Shown one piece after another: positions 1 to 12,098 of a DNA stretch of 64,000 nt. The DNA comes from Azolla caroliniana. Its lineage: Eukaryota; Plantae; Polypodiophyta. Under the pieces are notes generated by a model. The model had not been told where the DNA came from. It did not search any database and worked only from the letters and a program-made list of their open reading frames with translations. The position numbers were made by a program, and so were the translations under genes. The stretch's first letter is position 1. Every line of letters starts with the position of its first letter. Location of the stretch: positions 19,964,001 through 20,028,000 of the forward strand of contig JBHGNT010000013.1 of NCBI GenBank assembly GCA_043228905.1, given 5' to 3'.

Positions 1-2742
1 TAAAGCATCCTATTTGTCTTATTTCACAGGTGGTGTTACTAGAATGGCTTGATGAGGTAGAAGTTAACAGGATGAAAAGTTATGGATAGTCAAGAAACTA
101 TAGACTTAGCATACCACTTCTTTCAAATATTCTTGAATGTATGGAATGTGCAATCACAGCAAATGAAGGTATAGGACAATGGAGATCTAAAACTTAAGGC
201 TTATATTGTTCATTCCGGGCTGGCCGTAATTTGTTCGTCTATTGGTTTCGCATTTTCGTTTTACACATGCAGAAACACTTATTCTTCTTACTAGTGCAGG
301 TGTGGATTCCAATAACTTTATCTGTATATATATAGTCTTTGCTGAGATTACTTTATCATCTATGACTTCGTTTGGCATAGGCAGGGGGTCAGCAAGCTCG
401 ATGATCATGGAAGAGGTTCGCGGTTGTGCTGCTGGTTTGTTAATTTCCAGAGGTATGAGGGGAACAATGTCTAGGAGTAGAAGTGGGAGTGGGAGTGGGA
501 GCATCTGTCTTAGGAGGGTGTCTGTCTGCCAAGTGTTGTCTTGCTCCCACCTGGCCAGAAAACGATGGACCTCACTTGTCACGTCCATTGCCATTTCATG
601 AGGTGCACGTGTTATGTCCTCTCACCTCTCTGCTGCTACAACCACATCCAGGAAGTAGGTTTCCTTACCTTATTGGAGTTGGATGATTGATCTGCCTGGA
701 GGAGATGAAGCTCAACGTCATCAGTGTAGTGTGTTTGCAATGAGGTTAATTGAACCCACTAGCTCAAGACAAGTGCAAGATAATTACTACAATGCCCAAC
801 TATCAATTACTAAGAGGAGGTTAGCCAATGCTTCACCGAAACACACAAGCAGACATTAATATTGAAATAATTAGGTGGAATTTACTCTAAGGGAAGTGGT
901 AGGAATAGCAAAAAAGAAGTTTCATGAAGAGACAATTGCTGGCATAAAAAAATAGACAATGTATCATTGATCTTCTATTGTTCATGGGTGGATGAGGATG
1001 TATATAGGACACACTAGAGAACAAGGTCAATTTGGCCAGTGTAGTGGATTCTCCAAGCCCAGGTACACATATTAGGAGCTTAAGGTTTGGAAGGGAACTG
1101 ATCCTTTTTTGGGTACTTGTCATCTACATGAGTGCCATCTACTAGAGTGCATTGTACATGGCCTTGTACGTACTATTGTGAATAGTACAGTACTCATCTC
1201 TGATGCTGTGTTGAGTCCGTCCTGTATCAATCTCAGTGTCGTGTCATTGTCCTAATCTGGCCATTGCTTATCATTTTTTCTGTAGTCATTATCTCGTATC
1301 TTTAGGTCTTGAGGGATTAGGTCAACCCTTCAGTTTTCAAACTCCAATGAATCTCACTGAGATGGAAGACAATGAAGCTGAATTTGTGTCCATTTTCTTC
1401 AGTAGCACCAAAAAGGCTAGAACTCGAATGCAAATATGCAATACAAGCCTAGAAAGAGGTGAGATACTAAAGAAGACATTATATAGAAAAATATTGGGCA
1501 AGGACTAGCCTTGCGACGCAGTAAGGATATGAGCATGAAGGATCCAGTGGTATTAGTGAACCATGGGCCTGAAATGAGCATAATGTTGGTTGAATTGTAC
1601 AATTGAGGGTAACAATGGTGGTTGGGTCAATGCATGCACACCAAGAACCAATGGTCCATATTTAACCCACTTATCATAGAAGCAAATATGGAGGCTAAAG
1701 TCATTGTCAATAGGTGGAACTACGCTCAAATTAGAAGCAAGGATATGAAAAAGACTATTCAACTCTTGATAGTGAAGACCAACCATCATTGAGGCAAGGG
1801 TCGGCTTTGTAATTGACCTCTTGCTTCAAACACAAACTTACACAGATCTTTGGAACAAACCATGATATTAAGAGGATATGATAGTGTCAAGTTTGTTAAC
1901 ACCTTGCTGAGGCAATTGAATGAAAGAAAAAAAGAGCTCTAGTAGAATATTGTGAGGGTATGATGGTGCCAAGCATGTTGAGACCTCATTGCGATAATTG
2001 AATGAAATAAAAAAAGACAATGGTTTCTATGGCTTTCTATAGAGGATGGTTTTCTTGGATTATAAGAAAGAAACAACTTTAGATAGGTGATAAGCAACAC
2101 TTGTAATGTGTAGAGAAAGATGTTTGCTTGAGGTGATGAAAAATTTATAGGTATAATGGAATAATGACTATACAATTGTCCATGATAGTGTACGAAGGTG
2201 ATGCATTTAAGACTCTTGGGGGAATGGAATTAGTTTGCTAGGTTTTTGGAACTAATCAGTTACTATAAACATCAATAAGATTTGTCGAAGAAAAATGAAG
2301 TGGTTGTCCTCATTAGTGTTACTAATGTAGTGTCTAAAATATAGTTTTTTTGCAATTATTGGATTAATGAATTAGATCAAAGTATGTATAGCTATTTTCA
2401 TTTTGCATGATTTTGAGTGAGGAAGTGAGTATCTAGCTCCATATTAACAAAATGCAACATAAAAAGGTCTCTTCTAATGATCTCCATCTACCATTGTCAC
2501 TTCATTGCTGTTCTCACTTCAATTGTGTCCATCAGTTCATTGTTCTCATTATTTTGGCCCTCAACAATCACAATGTCTCACAAAGAGATGGTTAGGCAAG
2601 ATGTAGCCATGAAAGTGAGCCAAAGCTAGAATATTGTGAGTCAAAGCACTTTCTATTGTTCATCACTTGATCCTCAAAACCATTTAAACTACTTGATGCC
2701 ATTTCTTTGGTGTTTTTTCTTCTCGGTCATCTTTACCTTAAG

Positions 2743-3136
2743 TTGAAAAACCAAACCAAACGTTTAGGGAAAAGTTGAAACCAAACAGAACCATTTAATA
2801 AAAAATTTAAACCTAACCATTTAAATCAAACTAATTAAACATCTAAATAAACAAAAATACATTAAATTAAATAAGCATTTAAGTTAAATTTATTAAATCA
2901 ATAAAAGAAACTTTATTCAACCATTAAATTAAATAAATATTTAAGTTAAATTAATTAAATTAATAAACTATTAAGGTAAAAAAAAAGTTAACCAAAAACC
3001 TATAAACCCAAGTTTTAGAACCAAACTAAACCGTTTATCAAAAATCCAAACCATTAAAAATTTTTGGGACCAATAAATCATTAAATCATGGCTTAACGAT
3101 TTAGTTTGGTTTGAGCTGAAACCATGCCCATTGCTA
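2743..3136. mobile_element. Truncated hAT-type MITE (same family as 19180-19710)
   Basis: Ends in ...GAAACCATGCCCATTGCTA (3136), the reverse complement of the terminus at 19180. The AT-rich body with AAACC motifs matches 19180-19560 in reverse. The other terminus is missing, so no TSD could be found. Confidence 0.75.
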
Positions 3137-4216
3137 ATTCACGAGATAGGTTTTCCTTGTTTTCCCTAATCTTATGATGTGTATGTGTAGGTTAATTTTG
3201 AAATGATTGATGGTATGAATTGAATTAGAATCCTATAGTGTAATGTAACTATTAAGTGTGTCTTATCACTTGGTTAACTTGGGCATAGGGTTTTTGCCTA
3301 TGTAAGGAGGCTTGACTTATGTTGAGACTATGTTAGTGGAATATCAAGGAGGGTTGTGTTTGTTTCACATCGTCACTAATACTTTGGCGTCTCTCTCTTG
3401 CAAAGATGACACTTTTGTTTACTTATGTGTGAACATGCGCGAGGATATGTTACATTCCATTCCCCGATGGACTCAAAAGGCGTCACAAGGTTATATAGAG
3501 CTATGTGAGACATTTGTTTTCATATCATCATCAACCATAGTGAAAAGTGCACTTGCCCAAAACTAAGGACATTATTTGTACTTCCCAAGAGATTTTTATC
3601 ATCATAAAACTTGCATTTTTCTTTATTTGAGTCATTCTCTTGCTGTTTGTCATAGATGTCGGAGAGGCACTATTTAAATTAGTTTGGGTGTGTGTGTGAG
3701 TATTGGGGCAAGCTTCACCAATACGCAAACAAAGGTATTCACAAACAACGATTGTTTTATGTGTGGATTGGGGCATGCTTCCCAAGGTGGTTGACATAAA
3801 AGTAGGAAACACTTCCTTGGGAGATTGAAGCAATGCATTCTTATCTACATCTTGGAGACACAAAGAAGAAGAAGAAGAAGAAGATGTGGTGCATGTAGGA
3901 AACATTAGTTTTTGGCTTGGGATGTCCTCCTCCTCAAGGGCCTTGTACATTTTTTTTATTTGATTGAATCAGAGAGATCACCGACCAAAGTGAACGGAGT
4001 CACATTTATACATACATACTACATATGCACGCACGCGTATATACATACATACACACGTACAGAGTGAACAGAGAGAGGGCGAGAGAAAGCGAGATAGATC
4101 TACATTTTCCTTCTATCTGCATCTTTAGTGCTTCTGCTTCAGATATTATCACAGGAAAAATCTTCGATCTCCTACTTCGGATACTTTCACAGGTAAATTC
4201 TCCCCCTCCTCTCATA

Positions 4217-4252
<36 letters not shown>

Positions 4253-4333
4253 ACACGCTCATTGTCTTCGTCTTCTTCTCCTTTACAACTTTCTCTCTGT
4301 TTCGTTGATACAGATTCCTCCATTTCTGCAACC

Positions 4334-4816
4334 ATGTCTAATGTTTTAGAGAAAATCGAAGATAAAATCAAAGATGTCCTTCACATCGATGGTGGTGATA
4401 AGAAGAAAGAGAAAGAGAAAGAGAAAGCTGAGGGTGTGAAAGATGGAAAGATCAAAGATAAAGAAGGTGAAGAAGAAGAAAAGAAGAAGAAGAAAGATAA
4501 GGGTGGCGTCGAGGAAGAGAAGGAGAAGAAAGATAAGAAAAGTAAGGAAGACGAATGTGAGAAATTAGAGAAGAAGAAGAAGGATAAGAAGAAAGATGAT
4601 GAGGAGGAAGGCGAAGAGAAAGAGAAGAAGAAGAAGAAGGACAAGAAGAAAGATGGTGATGATGAAGATGAAGAGAAAGAGAAGAAGAAAAAAGATAAAC
4701 ATAAGAATGATGATGATGATGAAGGTGAAGAGAAAGAAAAGAAACACAAAGATGAAGATAAGGAAAAGAAGAAGAAGAAGAAAGAAAAGAAAGAACACGA
4801 TTCAGATGATGAATAA
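4334..4816 (+). CDS. Lys/Glu/Asp-rich intrinsically disordered protein, KS-type dehydrin-like / KED-like (160 aa)
   Basis: ATG in context accATGT at 4334. N-terminus MSNVLEKIEDKIKDVLHIDGG resembles the N-terminal/K-like segment of KS dehydrins (HIRD11/SRC1 type). It continues with alternating poly-K and D/E blocks and ends EHDSDDE. Probable 5'UTR intron GT 4193..AG 4313 containing a (CT)n tract. Confidence 0.75.
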   Translation: MSNVLEKIEDKIKDVLHIDGGDKKKEKEKEKAEGVKDGKIKDKEGEEEEKKKKKDKGGVEEEKEKKDKKSKEDECEKLEKKKKDKKKDDEEEGEEKEKKKKKDKKKDGDDEDEEKEKKKKDKHKNDDDDEGEEKEKKHKDEDKEKKKKKKEKKEHDSDDE

Positions 4817-4927
4817 AAGATCAGATCTGTTTTTTGGTGCATTTGCAGAATACAGTTTACAGGTTTAACCTTCAAATAAATGGTTTTATCCTTCATGATA
4901 GCTTATGTAATCTTCTGAAGGTGGTTA

Positions 4928-5080
4928 TAATCTTCACATTAATCCTAAAGCTTATGGTTTTCTGTAATCTTCACATTAATCATAAAGCTTATGGTTTTCT
5001 GCAATGTTCACCTTTATCCTAAAGCTTATGGGTTCCGGTAATTTTTTATTAATCGTAAAGTATTGTAGTTTCTGTAATCT
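4928..5080. repeat. Degenerate ~37-bp tandem repeat downstream of the dehydrin-like gene
   Basis: About four copies of taatcttcacattaatc(c/a)taaagcttatggttttctg, becoming more diverged to the right. Confidence 0.75.
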
Positions 5081-8000
5081 TCTATCAACATGATGTGAAT
5101 CTTCTTCAACAGGTCTTATATTAGAGAAGTGATTTAATAAATTTTAATTGTGGATTGCGGTAATGTCCTTTTTCAACTTTGGCCATGGTATGTGTTACGA
5201 GTATGAGATCTGATCATTGTGGATTGCGGTAATGTCCTTTTTCAACCTTGTCCATGGTATGTGTATGGAAAGCAATTAAAAAGCTTCTTGTTTTCCTCTT
5301 CTTAATAGTTTTTCAAATGTTTCAGAGAATCAAAGAAACAAAAGATTGTCGTAGCTTTCTTCTACAAGATGTCTATGTAGATCTTAATAAATTGCATAAT
5401 TCTGAAATGTATATTGCGTATACCAATTTATGCACAGCTTCTATAACGAACATTACAATGCCATACCAAGACTAATTAATAGCTCCAATATGTTATGATG
5501 GTAAAATTCTAAGTTGGGGAAAAGATGGGTTTCTACGAAATCTGAGTTGGAGAAAAGACAAGGGAAGTTGGATTTGAGTTTGCCATTTTCGAAATCATTT
5601 TTCTGGGAGTAGGCTCGAGTAGCTTATTTTATGACAGGAAAGAGAGCTTATTATATGAAGCAAGAGGAAGAAGTCAATTTTATACTGCACAAAAACGCTT
5701 CTTGAATCGAAAAATCTGGATTGAAACTTGGTTTATTATGCTCCTTCACTGTATTTATCAGACTTGTGCTTTAAAATGACCTGTTTAGCCCTCTACAAGG
5801 CCATATACATCAATAACGCGTCCATGTTATACATTTCACCTCTTCTGAATTAGTTTTTTTAAATGTTGAGTTTTGGGTTTGTTATTGGTTAATCTGGCTA
5901 GCAATAAAGAGATTTACAATGTCTACATATTTTAGAATGGTTCTTTTGGCATTCTAATGTTTACAATTAATGCTTTGATGCAATAAATGTTCTTCTCACT
6001 GACTTCTTATTGCCAATGGCTTTTCTCTACATAATCAATCCATGAATTTAATTTTCATGGTTGAGCCAAAAACATTTCTTTTGAAATGTTATCATAGAGA
6101 TGGAACATTCTTCATTGTTCGTGGGGTAAAGCGACCCTACTGGGTAATAGGTGATTAAATCTTTCAATTCAAGTCACATTCCTCCGCCTTGAATCAAGAG
6201 TTCTCCAACAAATAATAACAGATCTTATGTAGGATTGAAATTTCATAAAATGATCATTCATCACAAATATTCCACATCCAATCTTTGATCAGTTTGCATC
6301 CAATCCCTGATCATTTTTAGGCTCCTGGAGAGTTTGAAAAGGAAGTATATTGGTCATATTTGTTAGCTTACGTAAAAGTTTATGCTCACTTTATATCACT
6401 ATACTTTTGTACTCACAATTATGACTCTCATATGGCTTGGGAGTTATATATAATATACATAAACATGCACTAGTGTAGGGCCTATTATGCACATTTATGC
6501 CACCATGTGGTGTGCACGTTGAAGTCAATTATTTCAGTTATATTTCTATGAGAACTTTGGCTGTTGGAATAATGTGTTTGCCACATGTCACAATGTGGCA
6601 GAAGTGATTAACCCTTGTAAAGCCAATACTACCCATTGTGATGATTGAAATCACATTAAAGTGCAAAGGAAGCATAATTAAAGGGGATCCCACATTCACA
6701 TACAGTTTAAGAAAGATAACGACGTGCCAAATGTAATGAGGATGTATACACATCATCAAATACGAGGATTAACAGACCAAAATATAATATCCATGAACTA
6801 ATAGTTCATGACTCACATGCTTTATGGCATGTTGATATTGTCCAAGCTAATATGCAAGCTAGTGGAAAGAGGTATTGTTTGTACTATAATGGAAATATAA
6901 CCATTCTATGGCCAATACTTCCCAATCAACCCCCAAAAAGTGAAAATTGCTTTTACCCATTTTAATGAAAATCTTGGCAAGGATGTTACAAATAATCCTA
7001 TACAATTTTCAATGACGAAATGGTGGAGCAAGGAACTATGAATTATGTAGATACACTAAACCCTTATTAGAGGAACATAAACACACATGTGGTGATATGC
7101 TACACAGATGATGATATGTTATGTATACTTGGTATGCCTCTTTCTCAAAGCATGTGAGGGTGTCCCTCGACATCTTGAAGGTTTTTACCTTCATGACTGC
7201 ACTTATACTTTTGCATTTGTTCGAGTTTTATCATTTAAAATTCAACAATATGTGGTTTTAAAGATTCATTACATAGAAAATCAAATTTGCTTCATGACAA
7301 GGCTTGAGGAGTTTTAATATTGACATGAGCAAAATACTTGGTTGCTAATATTATTTTACCAAAAACACAGTACTTCACATTAGTTAGCAAAGTTGGTTGC
7401 TAATATTAGCAACCAAATAGTCGATAACACAAGAACTCGACAAAAGAACACTTGCGTTCTCATAAACACGACAACCATGATCTGCAAGAATATGAAAGAA
7501 ACTTGAGTATCAATTACAAATCTGTAAAGAATAGAAATTACATGGGCAATCCAAGTAAAAAAGACAAATTGATCATAAACATGTAGTGCTTTTGTTACTC
7601 GTATTTGTAGAGGTTATAGATGATGTGGTAAGCTGCCCATCTTGACCATGTGGGGTCTCTGCCTTTATTGTATCATACAATTTAATCCTTTAAATATCTT
7701 GCCAAAACAATACCATGACTAAAATGTCATCTTAACAAAGAATGTGTAGAAAATATCTCACCAATCAATCATTCTATCTTAACTTTTTCCATGATCAAAT
7801 CCTTGATCATTGACCTAGTAATTCTATGTACACTAAAGAAGTTGTATTTTCAAAGTCAATTGTGTGAAATTTGAATTTATTTTTGGTATCTTTTTACCAT
7901 TTCGAGTCATTCGTTTGTTTGGAAGAATTTCATTATCAATAAGTTGATATTTAAAGGTTAACAAAGAAATTCCACGTTTACATTAACAAATAATTGTTTC

Positions 8001-8176
8001 AAGAGGTGCATTGATAACAAATTAGAGTTGTAACCCACTTACACACATATATGAGTACATTGAATTTCAATTTCCCTTTGGAAGAAGAATATTCACATAT
8101 AGCAAACATGCCCACATACGCATACACATACATTCGGAATTGATCTCCATGAAGAATGTTAAAAAGATGACTATCT

Positions 8177-8179
<3 letters not shown>

Positions 8180-8239
<60 letters not shown>
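8180..8239. repeat. (TC)n microsatellite
   Basis: Perfect dinucleotide run. Confidence 0.95.
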
Positions 8240-8242
<3 letters not shown>

Positions 8243-8926
8243 CCCCGTCTATGTACTCAAACACACACACACACATTATGCATGCATATAAACATACATA
8301 CATACAAATTTACAATATAATATAACGTGCATATTACTCCTAGTTTGTGCTAATGAAAATGGATAAAATAAAGCAATGGAAATTCTTTCGTGTGCTGGGA
8401 AATAAGACAAATACTTGGGTCCCAAACAAACTTGGGTAGATGTTAGCGGGAAAAGAATTTTATGAAAATAGATTGATAGATTTTATTGTCGTCCTCGGAA
8501 AAGAAGGTGACGATTAACAATGATGCAATCCATGGTACGTAGTCAATGAGGAAGATGACAGACAATCTATGATGATGTGATGACACGTTTCAAGAACCGA
8601 TGAGCTTATGAACAACTTCCTCCTCTCTCTCTCTCTCTCTCTCTCTCTTTTCAGATGGGGGTATTCTGAATGATAACTCTTCCTAATACCATAATATATC
8701 TAGATTCTACATATGTATGTATGTGTATGTGGGTATACATATATATATATATGTATGTATGTTAGCCTTTGCCATTTAACGCATCACTCAGTGGTGTTCA
8801 TTTAAGGTGCCATAAGAGCCACACAACTCATATTGTTTTACTTCAAGAGTCTATACATATTATCATCCCTACATCAAGTCACTACTACTCACTCCTCCTA
8901 CACTCTCTTCAAACCCTTGCAACAAT

Positions 8927-10513
8927 ATGAGTGCACACAAACACAACATGTCCCTCGCCTCCCCTCGCCCGCATGCTTTGGTCGTCCCATTCCCCGCCCA
9001 AGGCCACATCGGACCCATGATGCATCTCTCCATCAAGCTCGCAATGGACGCCGGGTTCGTCATAACATTCGTCAACACACACCACCACCACGCATCACTG
9101 AAGCATCACCTCGAGCCGCGTTTCCGTGAACACGGCCTCCATCATATCCACCTCGCCGAAGTCGTGAATGCCGGGCGTGACAGTGGCAACACCACCGGCT
9201 CGCAAGGCCTCATCGAGCTCTGCGAGTCCTTCTACAAATTAGGGCCCGCCTTTGAAGAGATGGTCGAATCGCTTCTCCCGATCGGCCATGATCCAGATGA
9301 GTCGGCCGCCCCCGGTACGAATCCTTCTTCCCTCCCACCTCTCACTTGTATTATATCGGATTTGTACAACTACTTCATGCAAGACATAGCCAACAAATTC
9401 GGGCTCAAATACCTGGCATTTTGGACGGCCTCCGCCGGCATGCTAGCTACGGCTATGTCGGTGGTGGCACACGGCCATCGGGCCCCACCTCCAGATCACG
9501 AGCACGTGCAGGAGCCTCTGATCACGTGGATCCCCGGCGTGCCACCATTGAAGAGGAGCGAGTTCAACGGATTCCTGCTCAATCCGGATCCAGAAGATCT
9601 CATGTACGGAATCTACCACACCTCCTACAAGCGTCTGCGGGAGGCAACGTGCATCGTCATCAACACATTCGAGGAGCTGGAGGCAGAATCGCTGGCGGCG
9701 TTACGGAAAGACAACGAGCCGGTGGAGGTATACTCAGTAGGCCCGCTGTTGCCCGATTCCTACTTGAATCATGCGTCGGAAAGGACAGAGAAGACAGGCG
9801 ATGGTGGCCACCACCACACAGTCGTCGCGGGGCTTCAGTCCTACCCAATGGCGGCACTGTGGAAGGAAGACGACAAGTGCTTACAATGGTTGAACAGGCA
9901 AGTTGTGGGGTCTGTCCTGTATGTGTCTTTCGGGAGCATTGCCATAATGAGCGGGGAGCAGTTCCAGGAACTGGCCATTGGATTGGAAGAGAGCGGGAGC
10001 CCTGTAGTGTGGGTCATCCGTCCGGACCTCATGGCCGGGGCCGGCGGCCGGGCCAGTTTCCCCGACGGCTTCTTGGAGAGGACCAAAGACCGCGTGTTCA
10101 TCATAGAATGGGCGCCCCAGCTGCAAGTGCTTGCCCACCCCTCGGTCGGCGGATTCCTTACACACTGCGGTTGGAACTCGACCCTAGAGAGCATCTCCGC
10201 GGGTGTCCCCACACTTGGCTGGCCGTATTTCTCCGACCAAATGCTCAACAACCGTTGCCTCATCGACAAATGGGGGCTCGGTCTCGAATTCGAACGGCAT
10301 CAAGATGATACCGATAATGTCATCGTGCGACGTGACGAGGTGGCTCGTAAGGTTCGCACACTTATGAGGAGAAGTGGTGATGGGGGGGATGCCCCGGCTC
10401 GACATGTGGCATCGGCGACTCGTTGGCAGGACACTGCCCGAGAGGCCATTCAAAACCCCAATGGGTCTTCCAATGTGGCCTTCGCGCGTCTTCTCAAGTC
10501 AATTCGTGGCTAG
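8927..10513 (+). CDS. UDP-glycosyltransferase, family GT1 (UGT85-like), intronless, intact, 528 aa (copy 1)
   Basis: N-terminal HALVVPFPAQGHIGPM with the catalytic His, and CIISD with the catalytic Asp. Complete PSPG box WAPQLQVLAHPSVGGFLTHCGWNSTLESISAGVPTLGWPYFSDQ. C-terminal GSS helix present. Confidence 0.95.
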   Translation: MSAHKHNMSLASPRPHALVVPFPAQGHIGPMMHLSIKLAMDAGFVITFVNTHHHHASLKHHLEPRFREHGLHHIHLAEVVNAGRDSGNTTGSQGLIELCESFYKLGPAFEEMVESLLPIGHDPDESAAPGTNPSSLPPLTCIISDLYNYFMQDIANKFGLKYLAFWTASAGMLATAMSVVAHGHRAPPPDHEHVQEPLITWIPGVPPLKRSEFNGFLLNPDPEDLMYGIYHTSYKRLREATCIVINTFEELEAESLAALRKDNEPVEVYSVGPLLPDSYLNHASERTEKTGDGGHHHTVVAGLQSYPMAALWKEDDKCLQWLNRQVVGSVLYVSFGSIAIMSGEQFQELAIGLEESGSPVVWVIRPDLMAGAGGRASFPDGFLERTKDRVFIIEWAPQLQVLAHPSVGGFLTHCGWNSTLESISAGVPTLGWPYFSDQMLNNRCLIDKWGLGLEFERHQDDTDNVIVRRDEVARKVRTLMRRSGDGGDAPARHVASATRWQDTAREAIQNPNGSSNVAFARLLKSIRG

Positions 10514-11309
10514 ACAACCTTCACTCCTATGATTATTGTTTTAACTTATTTATCAAAATAGATAAAGAAATAAGGTCACCAATGATGTGCACATTCATAT
10601 AGTTTAATAATGGATTCAGGTAGTGTACCCAATGCTGAAGTTGATATAATTGGCATATATATATTTGGCTTTATTATAAAAGAAGGAAATACATTACGTG
10701 AGGAGCTTCCTTGGATTCAGTGTTCAAATTTGATCCCGATAACTCCCTTGTACACCATTTTGCCTATCATGGAAAGTTTTACTAGTCTCATGTCTTGCTT
10801 GAAGACCATTTCCAATTGCTTTAACATATAGTGAAACGTTATACTTTTTTGTCTTTCTCGAAGACCATTTCCAATTGTTTAACATATAATGACATTTTGT
10901 TTTTGTCTTTCCAACTACATTTTTGTCTTCCTTTAGAGATTTTTGTTGCTTGCCTATTTGTTGATTCCAATAGTTTAATTTGGCTTAAGCTCAATGTTGG
11001 TTTCATTCTCCAATTAGTGAAAAGCAATGTCAGTTTCTATATACGAGGAGGAGAGTAGGGAGGAAGAGAGAGGTTCATAGATACGAGGCCGAGTGAAGAA
11101 AGCTCAGCAGATTTAAGTTGGCTATGGTGGCAAGGCCTAGGGCAAGCCATGTCCATGTGCTAGCAAGCAAGGTGTCTAGTAGAAGCAAGGAAATTGGCAT
11201 GCATGTCTCCGTAGCCATCATATATTTGTATCTGAGATGGTGATGGTGGTAGTGGTGCTGATGACGATGATGTTATTAGAGGTTGAGGGGACTAAAAATA
11301 ATGGTGAGG

Positions 11310-11450
11310 TTGCCAAACCGGTTTAGGGATAAGTTTGGTTTGGTTTGGTTTGGTTCAGGTTTGAGAACCCCAAAAAGGTTTAGGCTTAACCGGTTTGGCT
11401 TGGATAATGCCAAACTGGTTAAGCCTAGACCGAACCGTTGCCGATCCCTA
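11310..11450. mobile_element. hAT-type MITE fragment (one terminus)
   Basis: GGTTT/AAACC subterminal arrays ending in ...CCGAACCGTTGCCGATCCCTA. No matching opposite end or TSD was found. Confidence 0.5.
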
Positions 11451-12098
11451 CATTGAGCCATACGATGATTTATTGATAACCATTCCAAAACTCCTCTTCT
11501 ACCGACACCATCACCAACAACACTTACTATGGCATTCCAACACCTATTCGAACATGTTATCTTGCATCGACAAAGGAGGTGTCTTAATTATCAATTATCA
11601 TTTTCTTTCCTTACATGGGATTGTAATATGACATGCCAACTTTATTTACATCTTGAAAAAAGAATAAAGTTAATGATAGGTCGATGAATTGAAGTTTGAA
11701 CTACTATACCCAATCCCCAACAATGTTTGGTATATACTTCAAGAGCAAAAGAATATCAAAAGGAGATTTATTGTCCTACGGAATGTGACGACAATAAACA
11801 AGGTGACCGTCACTAATGATGCAATGCCATGTGTCATGGCTTTAGGTATGAGCTTATGAACTACATACTTCACACACACACTCTCTCACTATAGGGAAAA
11901 AGGTGTTTTGAATGATAAGTGTCTCTCTATGTTCAATATATATATGTGTATATAGACATTGTAGCCTTTGCCGTTGACACATCAATTAGTATTCATCTAG
12001 AATTGGACTACTAAAGAAGAATACAACTCTTTGTTTCATCCAAACTCAATATTAATAATTCCACTAGCTCCTCCATTCAACCAAGATTTTGCAACCAT

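Noticed and set aside
1-2300. Possible decayed DNA-transposon (MULE-like zinc knuckle RHQCSV near 715) and ORFs 187-594 and 242-601
   Set aside because: Too degenerate; no diagnostic motif, TIR or TSD that I can support.
4381-4896. Antisense and alternative-frame ORFs (poly F/S/L, poly R/K/M) over the dehydrin-like gene, and the 103-aa upstream extension of ORF 4025
   Set aside because: Shadows of GAA/AAG repeats. The extension runs through a (CT)n tract that is best read as a 5'UTR intron.
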